DNA of 64,000 nucleotides, taken from positions 60,760,001 to 60,824,000 of the forward strand of contig NC_087247.1 in NCBI RefSeq assembly GCF_037042905.1. Reading direction: 5' to 3'. The first letter of the stretch is position 1; each line of letters begins with the position of its first letter. The DNA comes from Lytechinus pictus (Eukaryota). Shown in pieces: positions 25,017-38,000 of the stretch. The translations under genes were made by a program, and so were the position numbers. The notes under the pieces were generated by a model that searched no databases, was not told where the DNA came from, and saw only the letters and a list, made by a program, of their open reading frames with translations.

Positions 25017-25989
25017 TATTAACTGAAAATAGATGAGATGTAGACACAATGCCCCCATTCTGTTATCTCTACCCATCTCCATTTTCTCTTGGGGTTAATT
25101 TGTGGCTATATGCTGATAGATGTATGAAGATGTTGTGCACACCATCAGGTATCTTTGGTGATAGTACCCTTTCCTTGGCCAATCCATCTTAGGGGTGTTG
25201 CAAGAAACTTGTAATCAATTGCGGGGCATCAATAAGTCTTAAAATCAAACATTAATCTGTAAATTGCTTAGTTGCAATTTATGCCAGTCTGCTTCTTGTA
25301 GCAGAAAGTACAGATTCAGTTTCCTTTGCTGAAAATTAGATTATTGCAATTTGCAAGGATGTGTCAGAATTGCCGCACCCTACTGCTAGTATTGTTCAGT
25401 GTCCCGTTACCTGATATGTCTATTTTTACCATAAAACAACATGAAATATTGATTATAACTCAAGTTAGTACAATATCGTCAGAACGGTAATGACCTGACT
25501 TTTCTCTGGTATAAGCTTTACTAAAAGAGTATTTGAGCTGATTAAAAACATGTTGGTATAAGGAATACTTATTACTGAACTATGTCAAATATCTACACAA
25601 AAATGATGTTAATGTATGATTTTACCCAGTATGGAGAAAAGTGTAATGGGAATGTCATGAATAATGTGTTTTTGTGTCTACTAAGGAGATACTTTGAAAT
25701 AATAATCCATACAATGATGGTTCATCTTTGTATAAACTTGTCATTGCTCTGCTTGGATTCATAAGCGGGCTATCATAATTCTGTAGACTATTGCATAAGA
25801 AATAAACATTTGTTCTTTGCCATTCATAAATATCAATGTTTGTTGTCTTTTGATGAGTATATCATTTAGAACACATGATCTGAACAAGAATGACAGAATT
25901 GAATTAAAGAAATGGAATATATACGCTGCAGGCATTTGAGTATTGAAGTGACTTGCAGATTAGGGGAAGGGGGAGAGAGGGGTGCAGAT

Positions 25990-25991
25990 CT

Positions 25992-26022
<31 letters not shown>

Positions 26023-26080
26023 AAGAAGGGAAGAGAGGGATAAAGAAACAAGAGGGGGAGAAAAAAAGAGAGAACGAAGA
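25990..26080. repeat. (GA)n / purine-rich tract
   Basis: direct inspection. Confidence 0.85.
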
Positions 26081-27139
26081 GGGCTAAAAATGTGGGAGAA
26101 TGAAGCAAGAAAGCAAAAAAGGGAGGGGGGGACAGATTTCATACATGAAAAAATGTGAAAGGAGAGAAGAAAAAGCAAAACCTCCTAATACCAGTAATTC
26201 AAGGGCTGAAATCTCTCCCCAAACGTAGCGGGGACCAGGGGCTGAAAAATTTGATAAGCAAAAAAAAAAGGTTATCACCCCAAAAGTTAGGTCATCTCGT
26301 CCAAAATACATTTTATTTTGATTTTGAATGATGTATTTCTTTCCATCATAAAAAAACAAATATGGTAGGGAGGGACATTTCATATTGTGTCCCCCTACTA
26401 TTTTGGGTAGGGGGACATGTCCCCCCGGGATTTCTGCCCATGCAGTAATTGCATGAGCTATAGAAACGAGCAACAAAAATAAGAAATCAAATGACAATTT
26501 GCTTCCTAATACCCTTTCACCAGTCTTAAAAATGAATGAAGAACGTGGACAGGATGTACTTCATCTGATTCTATCCATTGATAATTCACAACTTTTCACG
26601 CTCTTGGTGAAGAAAGAACACGTATCTATATTGGCAACTGACTCACGACAACCACTATTATATCAGAAAGATATGTGACAAAAAAAATATCTGCCTCAGG
26701 CCGGAGAATCTTTGTCGATTGTAATTGCATTGTACATCATATCTGCCAATATGGGAAGCATAGTAGAATTGACCATGAAAGTGTGTTTACTTTAACATAG
26801 GGAGGTGTCTCACCTTTCTGATTTTAAGAGACTAATTTAGATGTGGGAGGGATTGGTTCTGATCAATGAACAAACTGGGGGTTTGTTTGAATGCCATGAC
26901 ACCCACAATGGTGGTCATTTAGATCTGTTTTGAGCTCAGATATAAATATCCCAGCTTAAATTTCAAGAAGCACCTTGGCATTCACCACATCAAATGTATT
27001 TCAGTAGCTTTTGACATTTGACAGTGACAAATCCCTGACAGTTCTTTTGAAAAGAATGGGGGTTTTCTTTCTAAAGAGCTGGATGCCACCTGGAGTTTTT
27101 ATGTCAGGTGTAAAACCTGTGTGTAGGACAACACACATT

Positions 27140-27800
27140 GGGTGATTTCAAGTACAGTGTTGAAATCTGGTGTTGGTGTTGTGATAACAACAACACCAGC
27201 CACAACACTGTACTTGAAATCAGGCTGGTGTTGGGATTGACCTCGGAAAATATAACGTATTTCCGGCAGTTCGTGTTGAAGGATGGTGTTGAATGTCGTC
27301 TGCTGAACCCAGCACTGCAGCTGGTGTTGACGATCTACGTGCAATTTCCCCATTCACCTACGCCAACCCCCAGAGATTGTGAAAATCATGATTTCAAGTT
27401 CGGTGTTGGTGTTGGCAATCTCAAGCTCGTGAACAGGCGGCGAACACGACGAAACATCCCCTTAAAATTAGCTTTTACAGTTAAGATGAGTACAAAATAT
27501 TTGAGCTTTGTATATTTTGATGAAGAATAATGTTCACTCTTTCGAATGCTTGAATTAATTAAAGGATTGGTATTCTGTACGATGAGAATTTAATGTATTT
27601 CTCTCCAATTTCATTTTCGTCGTCGAGACTTCTGGCGTGAAGTTGAGATGATTTAGCAGCGCAGCACAGAGTCATGACATCATGTGCCATCGATAACACA
27701 ATCGATATCGTTCCTCTAAACCCAGCTCGGTGTTGGAGCTCGGTTCAGCGGCCTTTTTACGATCTCAACACCAACATCAACACCGAACTTGAAATCACCC
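27140..27800. mobile_element. PIF/Harbinger-like MITE
   Basis: ATT|gggtgatttcaagt ... acttgaaatcaccc|ATT (3-bp TSD, GGG..CCC ends). Confidence 0.75.
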
Positions 27801-30710
27801 ATTCATCTCCTAAAGAAAATAAGGGGTTTACAGGGTTCATTAAACCCCTCATGAACTCAATGCAATAATTTATTTACCACATCATTGAGAAATTGAATGA
27901 CATAACCCCAACTCATAAACAAAAATAATATATCAATTGATAAATTTCATAGAGACAAAAAAAAACAGATTTATCTCTTCAAAAACAGACAAGTAATGTT
28001 CTTTAATGATTTGTCAAATGCTATGTCACTTCTAAGCACAGATAATGGAAACATATACACGAAATACAATTTTTTCAAAAATTCTATGCTAGGACAGAAT
28101 AAAAAAGGTTTAATTTTTGTGTGAAATGAACAGGTAGAAATTCAAATTACCTTCATTCCAGGTGTCTTAAAGTCAATCTATCGTGCATTTGGTTATTTTA
28201 AGGGTCTACTCATAAATTCTAAAGGAATATTCCTCAGACGAGGGTAATCAAAGAATGAGAGGATGGTTTGAAAATATTCACAGGAGTGCATTGAAATTGG
28301 GGAAACCCCTTTATTTCTATTTATACTCAGATGAAACATTTTTTTTTTTTGCAATCGAATGACCCCTTTCCAATCTAATCACATATATTTCACTGGTTTG
28401 TAATCAATACAGACTATAGCAATTCCACATGAAGAACAATACAAGTCTAAAATAAGCACACCTGCATAGATTTTGCTCCTTTTCCTTGGGTCTAATATGA
28501 GCTTAATACACATATCACATTAACACATGTAACTTCATTATACTACAACTTAATCTCAACAACAGTATATAAAAGACAGATTCAATTTAAGAGAAGCATT
28601 ACAATTGAATACATTATCAAAATACATTTTTTTATCATTACATTCACAATTTTGTAAAAAAAAAATTGTAGAAAAGATATTCACTGCATAAAGAGGTACT
28701 GATGGTACATTTTGTACTTTGATCTATTAGTTTCATATTTAGAAAAATAGTACATGGGAATACACACAGGCAATCACAATTGTTCTTCCTCAAAATATGA
28801 AAAAAGAAAAGAAAGAAATTTGCTTAATTGAAAGCATCAAGTGTTTTGGTACTTAAATTAAGAATGTGAATAATTGTCAAATGATGTTCATTGATAATAA
28901 TTAGTCATCATCAGCTGATCATGTACACTGGACAGAGTTAAAAAGAAACCACTACCTAACAGATTTTGGGAATACTCAGATAACAAATTCTTCTTGGACG
29001 CTGTTGACAGTGCATCAGCAATACATTGGGCATTGTAGTTCATATACAATACATTGAAATCCTGTAATAGTCACAGCACAGCAAAAGTAAGTGATATAAA
29101 TTCTTTCTATGTTATAGAAAGACAGTTTGTTTATATCCTACCCATTGCATGTTGTTATTACATACCATATGAGTCTATCTTTCAATAAATTGAAATCAAA
29201 TGTATCAGAGTAAAAAAAAATCATGAGAAAGACATATTTAGCAAAAAAAAAACACAAACAAACAAATTATACCGATTGGAAAAATTGTAATTACATCTAT
29301 ATGGTAAATAGATTATGAAAACAATGAGAGACAATTAATGTTCAAAGTTTAGATGATGTGATTTCTATTCTAATTTAAAACTGGATGGACTTGGGGACTT
29401 TGCACAGTTAAAGATGTATGCCTAAACCAATGCCAATTATCATGATATACATGAAGAAAAATAAATGTTAATTATCCATTGGTTCTACAAGTTATTGTGC
29501 AAATGAACTATGACCCCCATGACCTTTGACATTGTGGTGGGTTCATTGCAGAAAGAACTGCAATCAAACACAACCCTAATATACAACACAAATTTTCAAA
29601 TGTAAATCCCTGAATTTATTATTTTCGCATTGAAAAATCTATTTTCAGGTTATCGCATGAGCAAAGTCTGAAAGCGATTTGTCATATAATATATAAGTTA
29701 TTGTGAGAATGAAAATGGTAACAAGGGATGGATGGACATATGACCCCAAGACATAATGCTTTCTGAGACACTTTCAGTGGGTGGAGACATAAAAAGAATT
29801 AATCTAGCATTATTTAGCAAAAATGCATATACACCTGTCTCAGCCTCTGTTTTAATAGCTCCATGGTTTTACTAAACTGCCATAATCAACAACCCAGAAT
29901 TCAAGCTTTCTCAATAGATTACACTCCTACGTATGCAAAGTCATTGATCTTAAAAAAACTCTGTAAATCTTGACCATTAGAAATAATACCACTTCTGAAA
30001 ACAGCATTAATATTCAGTGATTATATCTGGCATTGGAATCAAACTTCAATTCAAAGTCATATTAGGAACTAATACTTTACTACTGTATTTACAAATTCTA
30101 TGTTATAATCAATTATAATGCAACAATTTATTATTTTTTTCTTTCTGAGATCCAAATACCCCCCCCCCTTCCCACACGATAAGAACGTTTAACTCTACAA
30201 GTGATGTGAGTTATTTGTCATAAAAAAAATTACTATTCATTGAATATGGAAGCATGCACAAGCAAAGGATTCCCCTTTTTAAATTACACCTATATTTGGC
30301 TTTAGCTATTTAAAACATTTGATAATAATATTTAAAAAAATTAAGGGAGGAAAAACACCCAATTAGTAAGCACACTTTGGTATTGTTCCTGAATACTTGA
30401 ACTGAATACATTGTATATGAAATAAAGTACACCAGAATTTGTAACAAAAATTGGCTACATACAATACTGAATGTTATCAAGGCAAATGGTTATTTGGTTT
30501 TGCATAGTAGAATGGTAAAGCACACTTAGAACTTTGTATTTACGACATGTTTAATCTTATTAAAATGCAAGATATGGAAGCACTCTTTGTTTTAAATATC
30601 AGAATGATAAAGCACACTTTAAGCCTATAGATGGTGTTTACTATTTGCAAATCAGTCTTTCTTTTTATCATGAAACTAAGTATTTCACAACTGAAAATAA
30701 TATAAGTATG

Positions 30711-31197
30711 TTTATTTTTGGTTACATGATCAACAGTAAGTAAAGGAAGCACACATAGAGAATATGTAACATGCAGAATGCATATCATATAACAAATATA
30801 TTCTTTGATAAACATCTATGTAAATGATTGAAGAAGACACTATACACTTGACACACATATCAAAATATATTTTCTCACTTCATTTACAATATACTTTTTA
30901 ATAATCATTCATGTACAATAGAATTCTCCATGAATAAAAAAAACAATTATTAACATTATAGTACTTTATCATATCATACACTTTTCTCTCACAACTGCAT
31001 TTGATTTGTGTGAACAAGTTAATGCTACATACACTACCAATATAAACATGCATATATGTCAATGAGACGGTATTGATCCAGTATGGAAGACGACAGGAAT
31101 GTTTGAATCAAGCATTGTCCTTTCTGTCGAATATCTCACTTATATGATTAGATGAAGATGCATTGATTGCAGAATGCCAAGCAACGAAAATTACATT
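30711..31197 (-). other. Putative non-coding terminal (3'UTR) exon of cubilin
   Basis: Donor AAG|gtaatt 11 nt after the stop (exon boundary 31887). Long T tract plus cag at 31198-31200. First minus-strand AATAAA that I found downstream is at 30711-30716. Confidence 0.4.
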
Positions 31198-31897
31198 CTG
31201 CCAAAGCAAAGAACAAAAAAAAAAAACATTAATAACAGAATCTAATCAATATTTCCTTCATCTTCCTCTCGCTTCTAGCCACCTACATAATTTTCCTTTC
31301 TCTAATTTTCTTCCATGCTCTACTTCTTCTCTATTCTAATCTGAGTATAAACTTCTCTTTATCAGGTTGAAAGCATAAATTAAATTCAATAGAATTTGCT
31401 CTCTTAATTCTTGTTAAAGAAACATCACCTTTATGTAGATTCCAAGAGGAAAGTAATAAATATAATTTTTCAATTTTTAATAGGATGCACATGTTGCATG
31501 AAATTACAGTATAATGAAATTCAAAATTTGAATTTGAATGTAAGGTTAAATTTGAGCTGTTCATTGAATGAATCAATAATAAAATGTCCATGACTTCATC
31601 ATGAATTCTTCTTCATGTGCTTTTGAAATTTTCCATAATTTTTAATTAGATGAAGTAAATTTTAAGTAACAATCTAATTGATCTGCTGAAAGGATGAAAA
31701 TCAGCTGTTCTTTTCATACACTAGCAATTGATTGATGTCAATGACATTGTAAAAGCATTCTTTTTAATGTCAACCCTAAATGCTGTCAGCTGTCTATAAA
31801 AGAAACATGAATGAATGTTTGAATAGGAGAATATTCGATTCTATTTAGATTTAAACACAAATTACACAATGAGATGAGCAAATTACCTTGAGATTTC

Positions 31898-32017
31898 TCA
31901 GCTGTCATACGTTGCTCTGAATCCTGTATATTGATAATCTCCTGTAGGATTTTGTGCATTGGTTGTAAACCTCACAAAGAGATCTCTGCCTGAAGCAACA
32001 ATGTCAGCAGGGGGTGA
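31898..32017 (-). CDS. CUBN: cubilin last coding exon (SPPADIVASG...GFRATYDS*)
   Basis: cag acceptor 32018-32020, phase 0, TGA at 31898-31900; completes the CUB fold. Confidence 0.9.
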   Translation of the reverse strand, partial: SPPADIVASGRDLFVRFTTNAQNPTGDYQYTGFRATYDS

Positions 32018-35000
32018 CTGAATGAATGAAAAAGAGCAATAAAGCAATCACTTTACAAACAATGTTCAAGTATGGTCAAGCACATCTCAAGCAACTATAA
32101 AGCATTCAATCACTTAAGACCATATTAATAAGCAAAACAAATGAACATCATTTGAAAAATATAAAAAAGTAGATTACAACAAAAGTTAGTGGCAGGGCCC
32201 ATATTCATAAAACATGAAGAAGGCTAGTTATGACCTAATAACATTGGACAATGTACAGACTGTTTTATGAGTATTTTGCTTTAGAAACACAATTTTGAGA
32301 TCTTGAAAAAGTGTGCTCTATTGCACTTCTCACTGGCCCAAATTCTTTGACATCATCTAAGAGCATAGTTGTGATTGCATCCTTATCTAAACTATTTGAA
32401 CATATACACTTCTTGCTCTATTTTAAAAACAATTTCCACAGGAAAATAAGTATAAACTAAAAGAATTTCAAATTAGTGTATCATATATCACTAAAATATA
32501 CTGTTGTTTGGGCTAATTTGCTGCTCACTTGGCATTGCTTTTCACCCATTTATCTGAATTCACATTATACTTTCACCTGACATACTAGACATACAAATAA
32601 GAGGCACACGTATAAATTTTAAAAAAATATGGTGTAGAGCCGTAGGTATCGATTCATTTTAAGCACTCAATTATTCCCAATGTTTTGCATTGTGCAAATA
32701 GTTGTAACAAATTTGTAATTTGGAAACCAAGAAAAGAAAAAAGTCAATTTCTGAAGATGACATTATAGAATCCTGAGCAGTGAAAAGTATAATATAGCCA
32801 ATTCCCCAGGCTCACCTGGTAATCTGTAAAAAATGTATTTGATGTGTTATTTTGTAAATTTTATTTTTACTTACAATAAGGTTCTCAAATACTCATCAAT
32901 GTGTTCTACATGTTTGTAATAAAAAAAATACAACTGTCAGTGTTAAAATGAAATAGTACATTTCACATTGAACCATATTATGCAAATCCTGCATTTCAAA
33001 ATACATGTGCCATGAGTGTTCATTATCATGTGAGGCATCACTCTATTCGATAACTCATGATACAAGAAAGCATGGACTGCAAGTCAGAATTGAAAAATCA
33101 AATATATATTTTATTGAATGATGAGTGGTGTCACAATAAGGTATGTATGTATAACAAAACACCCAGATTCATGTTAATTAGAATTTCATAAATGAAAGCC
33201 ATTTTACATATGGCCTAACATGTTGGTCTTCAGGATTCCATAAGTAACACTTAGGTAAGCAATTAATTGTAGGCTGGGTTTTCATGATTAATTATACACT
33301 GTAGTCAATGCAAGCCCAAGGTAATATGTTTTATCTATTGCCATGTTCTTGATGATAAAATTTGATGAAATTAAATTTACAAAATATAATTTAAAGGAAC
33401 AAAAATAATTGATTGTGATCTGAATGAGTTATGTTTGTGTTAAGGCTCCCAGGTGTTTAAAGGAACAAAAATAATTGATTGTGGTGTGAATGAGTTGTTA
33501 CATTCAAGATTCTGGTAATGTTTTCATGTGCAACAATGGCGATGTATAGAAGTGGTTATTTTAGTGGTCACACGGGCCTAATTACAACTGGCAGGCAAAA
33601 AATATTCATTCAACCCAACCCATTCTCCATTTTTAAATTTGATATTGCTGATTGACAAAAATGAATGAATATGATTGACAATCTGATACTGATTCTAGGG
33701 AGTGTACCTACTGAACTTCCTTTTTCCAAATTGGAAAGATATATCACTACTTTGGAACTATTTTTTTTTACTGGTGGAAGAATTAGGGCCATTTTACTCT
33801 CTCAAGTGATGATTTTGATCCTGTCAGGTGTAGTCTTCATAAATGCCGATCTATTTTTAAAATAGCCGAGCGAGGTACCATTTTCTGGTCAGATATTGTA
33901 TGTCAGATATATATCCTGTCCACTGGTAGTAAACATTCAACCCTCGAATTTCCTCCTTATTTTTTATGAATTTTTTTAAAGTGCCACTTTAACACACGAG
34001 TCTATGGTAAATGAATTAGGCCTGTGATACCTAGTGATTTTAGTAATTAGCAAAAAATATATAAAATCACTGTAGAAATGTTCAGCTCATACAGTATATT
34101 ACAATTCAAAATCTTTTATTTTTGTGCTTTTTTCAAGAATATGAAAATTGTTCTCGTTCCGGAAATTTGTATGGCAGAGATAACTGGCTAAAAGGTGAAC
34201 TTCTAAAATCGAATCGTCATTCTTTGAGTAGGTTGTGAAGAAAATCATCCAAGCTTTGCTATTAAAAGGATTCAAATGGTTTTTCATATATCAGAAGGAA
34301 TGTGGTAATCGTATACATTATACATGTATAAAAAAAGTTTGTTATGGGTTGATTTACAATCAGGGCATATCAAGCTGTCTCATTTGACTAAAAAAATTTG
34401 CTTTGTTTTCCTGAATTTTAGTGTGTGTGTGTGTTATAAACAAGTGATACAATATTTATTTCAAAATGTGAGGCATAAGGTCACCCACATCAGATTCAGA
34501 TTTAGGCCGGGGTATTTTCGGTGATCTCAGTCATCGACTGTGCCAAAGATTGGCACGCAGGTTGTCTGGGACATAATCTACAAAATTGAAAAATAAATTT
34601 ATTTCATGCAAATTGCTCTTGCGCTAATTTATGCGTAATTTGTATTTTTACCTTTTGTTTTTCATTGCTTTTTTGATGAACTTTGTCGGGGACTCTTATG
34701 AGATCATAAAAAGCATAAAAAAACATTCATGACCAGCAAAACTAAAACTAAAAATATATTTATGATTTATCATGGTTGAAAACACAATTTGCATTGACTT
34801 TGTACACGAAATCACGTTTATGAGCAATTTTTGGTCTGACATGCACTCACAAAATGTTGCGTAATGTCAGAAACGCATACCTGGGCATCGCAAATTTGGT
34901 CTCAAAAGATGCGCAAGACTTGAAAGTGAAAAATCTGCGAGCGGTGAGATCAAAAAATTTCGCACAGAGAAAATATTGCGTGCAACGTTGAGGGGGGCCT

Positions 35001-38000
35001 CTGAGGCCACCCCCCGTCCTTAATAGGGTTAAGACTTACGTTTTCTTAATAAGGGGTTCAATCTTTTAATAACACGTTCTGTCAGCTGTTTCATTTTTCT
35101 GACAGGACAGAAATATATTCGACAACATTGAAAGTTTTTTGTCTGAAAAATAAGTGAATGCGGGCAAAGTTTGCTGCATATATATACAAGCGTTCTTGTA
35201 CATAAAAACATTATTATCAATCAAGTAATGTCTTGAGATGAATAAAACACAAATATCAGAGTGGACATTTTTCAACAGAATTGGCACCCATTTGGGTTCA
35301 TAGTCATAAAAAATTGAATATCTGTGGCTTTGGGGTTTCAGTTTTTAAATAATTGCATTTCAATAATCAATTCTGATTGGTAAGACAATGCTAATGATTA
35401 CCAATGATAAAGATGCGAATGCTCGAAATGGAAAACAAGAGAAAAAAATGAGACAGTAATTTGGCCCTAAAATGCCAGATATGGTCAATTTGGAGAAGTA
35501 CATATGAATTTCAATAAAATAAAACATTCTCTTACAGGTTGCTCTAATAGTGCCCAACAGCTTGTCATCACAGTTTCCTTTATGATGCGCAGTAGGCAAT
35601 TTTTTTACAGTATACCCCAATTGTGACAAAGCTCTTATCCGCTCATAAGGCCAATCCACAAACCAAAAATAGCCATAATACTGTATGAAAAATCTTAACC
35701 TACAAACGTTTGATAGAACAAATCACTGACATGCAAGGGACATGTCAGATCACAATTATATATACATGGAAAGATTAGTGGCAAATCCAGAGTGATATTG
35801 GTTTCTAAATCCAAAAATCTTCCTTAATCTGTCATTACATATACATGGGGCATAACTAGCCTTCTAAAAATGAATATTATTTATTTTTAACTTTCATACT
35901 CAACATTACTCTCATAGATATCTAATTGAAAACTGAACATTGAATTTAAACTTCAAAATGCATAATTGAAAAATATTCAATGAATTGAGGATTGTTCAAG
36001 CTTGGCGAGACAAAACTCAGAAAAAAAAAACTTCAATAAAATTGTTTTTAAAAGTCAATGGGATACATGATAACATTTCAAAGTTATGATGGTAATTCAA
36101 CAAATACCCCCAACTTAGCCAAAGTTCACTGACCTAAATGACCTTTGACCTTGGTCATGTGACCCGAAACTCAGGCAAGATGTTCAGTAATACTTCATTA
36201 ACCTTATGTCCAATTTTCATGAACTTGGTCCATATACTTTCAAAGTTATGATGTCATTTCAAACCATCCAAAATGCCGATTGAGAGCTGTGCAACACGTG
36301 CATCTACTCTCTCAGCCTAGGCGAGCAAGCAATGTGTGTTTGTGAAGGTTTGTTTACAATCACATACGAGCTACGCATGTTGGGGATGATCTTTTACATC
36401 TAATTCTAATTTACCTCAACTTTTGCTTCAAAAAAGGTTTTATCGTAATTTAAAAATAGTACTAGGTGTTACTATATTTTTATATAGATAAATAATTCAG
36501 TGACAGTGTGGAGATATTGTACCCTCGCAACAGGTTTTGCATGCAAGTGGAGCTTGACGTGGGAGAGCCAATCATGTCTCTCATACACGTCATCAAATTC
36601 GAGTCAATTCAGAGAGCGATGGGAGGCGTATTTCGGAGAGGCATTTTAGCGCTTTTTAATTGGCGATTTCCACCTTATGTATTACTTTCGTTATTTTTGA
36701 ATGACCAAATGATAATCCCCACATCATGACCTTTCCACTGATATATAATAAGGCCATATTCATAATCAATATATTTCACCTTTAAAACAAAATAATGACA
36801 CCTTGCTCTTTAAGTGCAATATCATTTTTCAAAGTAAAGGATTTTTCATGCAATAATTTTTTGGAGGATTTTTTTTGGCATTTCTATCAAGACATGAACA
36901 AATGACAAAAGTTACAATTTTTGAATTTGGCCTAGATGACCAGTAACTATGAAAAATGATAAATATCAGCAGGTTTGCTCTTACTTAGAAAAGATTTAAA
37001 AAAAAACCTTCTTTTGAAAAAGAAGATAAAATGATTCTAATGAGATCAGAATATGATCTGCCATCAAGAACAAAAATAATCATATGATAGGTATCGAGAA
37101 GTAACATTCCATATCAAATTCAATATAAAGATGAGGGGAAAAACTCACTGTGCCACAATAGCGCCCTCTAAGGGTAGCGGTAGCATCCACACCATCATAG
37201 ACCTCAAGAACATCTTCACTACACACTCCTTCACTACCTTCTATGTTGAAAGTAGTGAATGATAGTGTAACAGGTTGACCTCCTGCTGGTACTGTTATCA
37301 TCCATTCACATGTTTGACTGATAGGATAGACAGCAGGGTGCATAGGACTTGTAAAACTACCATGTCGACCACTTAGTTTACCTCCACACCCTGTAAAATA
37401 TCAATTATCAGGTTGATTATTCTCAATAATTGCAGCTGGACAATATCTGCCAAGGAGAATCATATCGAATTTCAAATATCAATTCATGCATTTTAAGAGA
37501 GTACTATTACTTTAGAAAAATAAAACAACTAAAATGAACAGATTCATTGCTTCTAATACTCCTAATATTTTAAGATTAAACAAGACCAATGCAAAGCAAC
37601 TAAATGCCTTTAATTTACCCAAACATATTGGTAGTGTTACGGAGCTATAGCTTACCACCCCCCCCCCACTCATAAACAAAATAACTTGCAAAACAAAATT
37701 TGACAGAGTATAATGATGGTACTGTTTACTTCTATGACATTGAATTTTATATTCCGCATACTAAGAATCCTGCTATAGGATTGGTCAGATGTCAGTCATG
37801 TGATAAAGGGTAGTTTCCCCATCAATCATCACTCGCAGTGATGGACTTTTCTTGATCGCTGATTTTTTTTCAGCCCATAGGGTCATAAAATTGAAAAATT
37901 GAAGTGTTATGAATTAGTTTGAGTATGCGCAAAATTTGCCATTCAATTTTTTTGGTCCATCATTCTCCATCACCTGCAGTGACGATCACCCAAAATCTAG

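Noticed and set aside
20100-30600. Additional protein-coding gene between the peptide gene and cubilin
   Set aside because: Only short low-complexity ORFs and MITEs; no phase-consistent exon chain found.
33390-33496. About 40-bp direct duplication in the last coding intron
   Set aside because: Ordinary local slippage with no functional signal.
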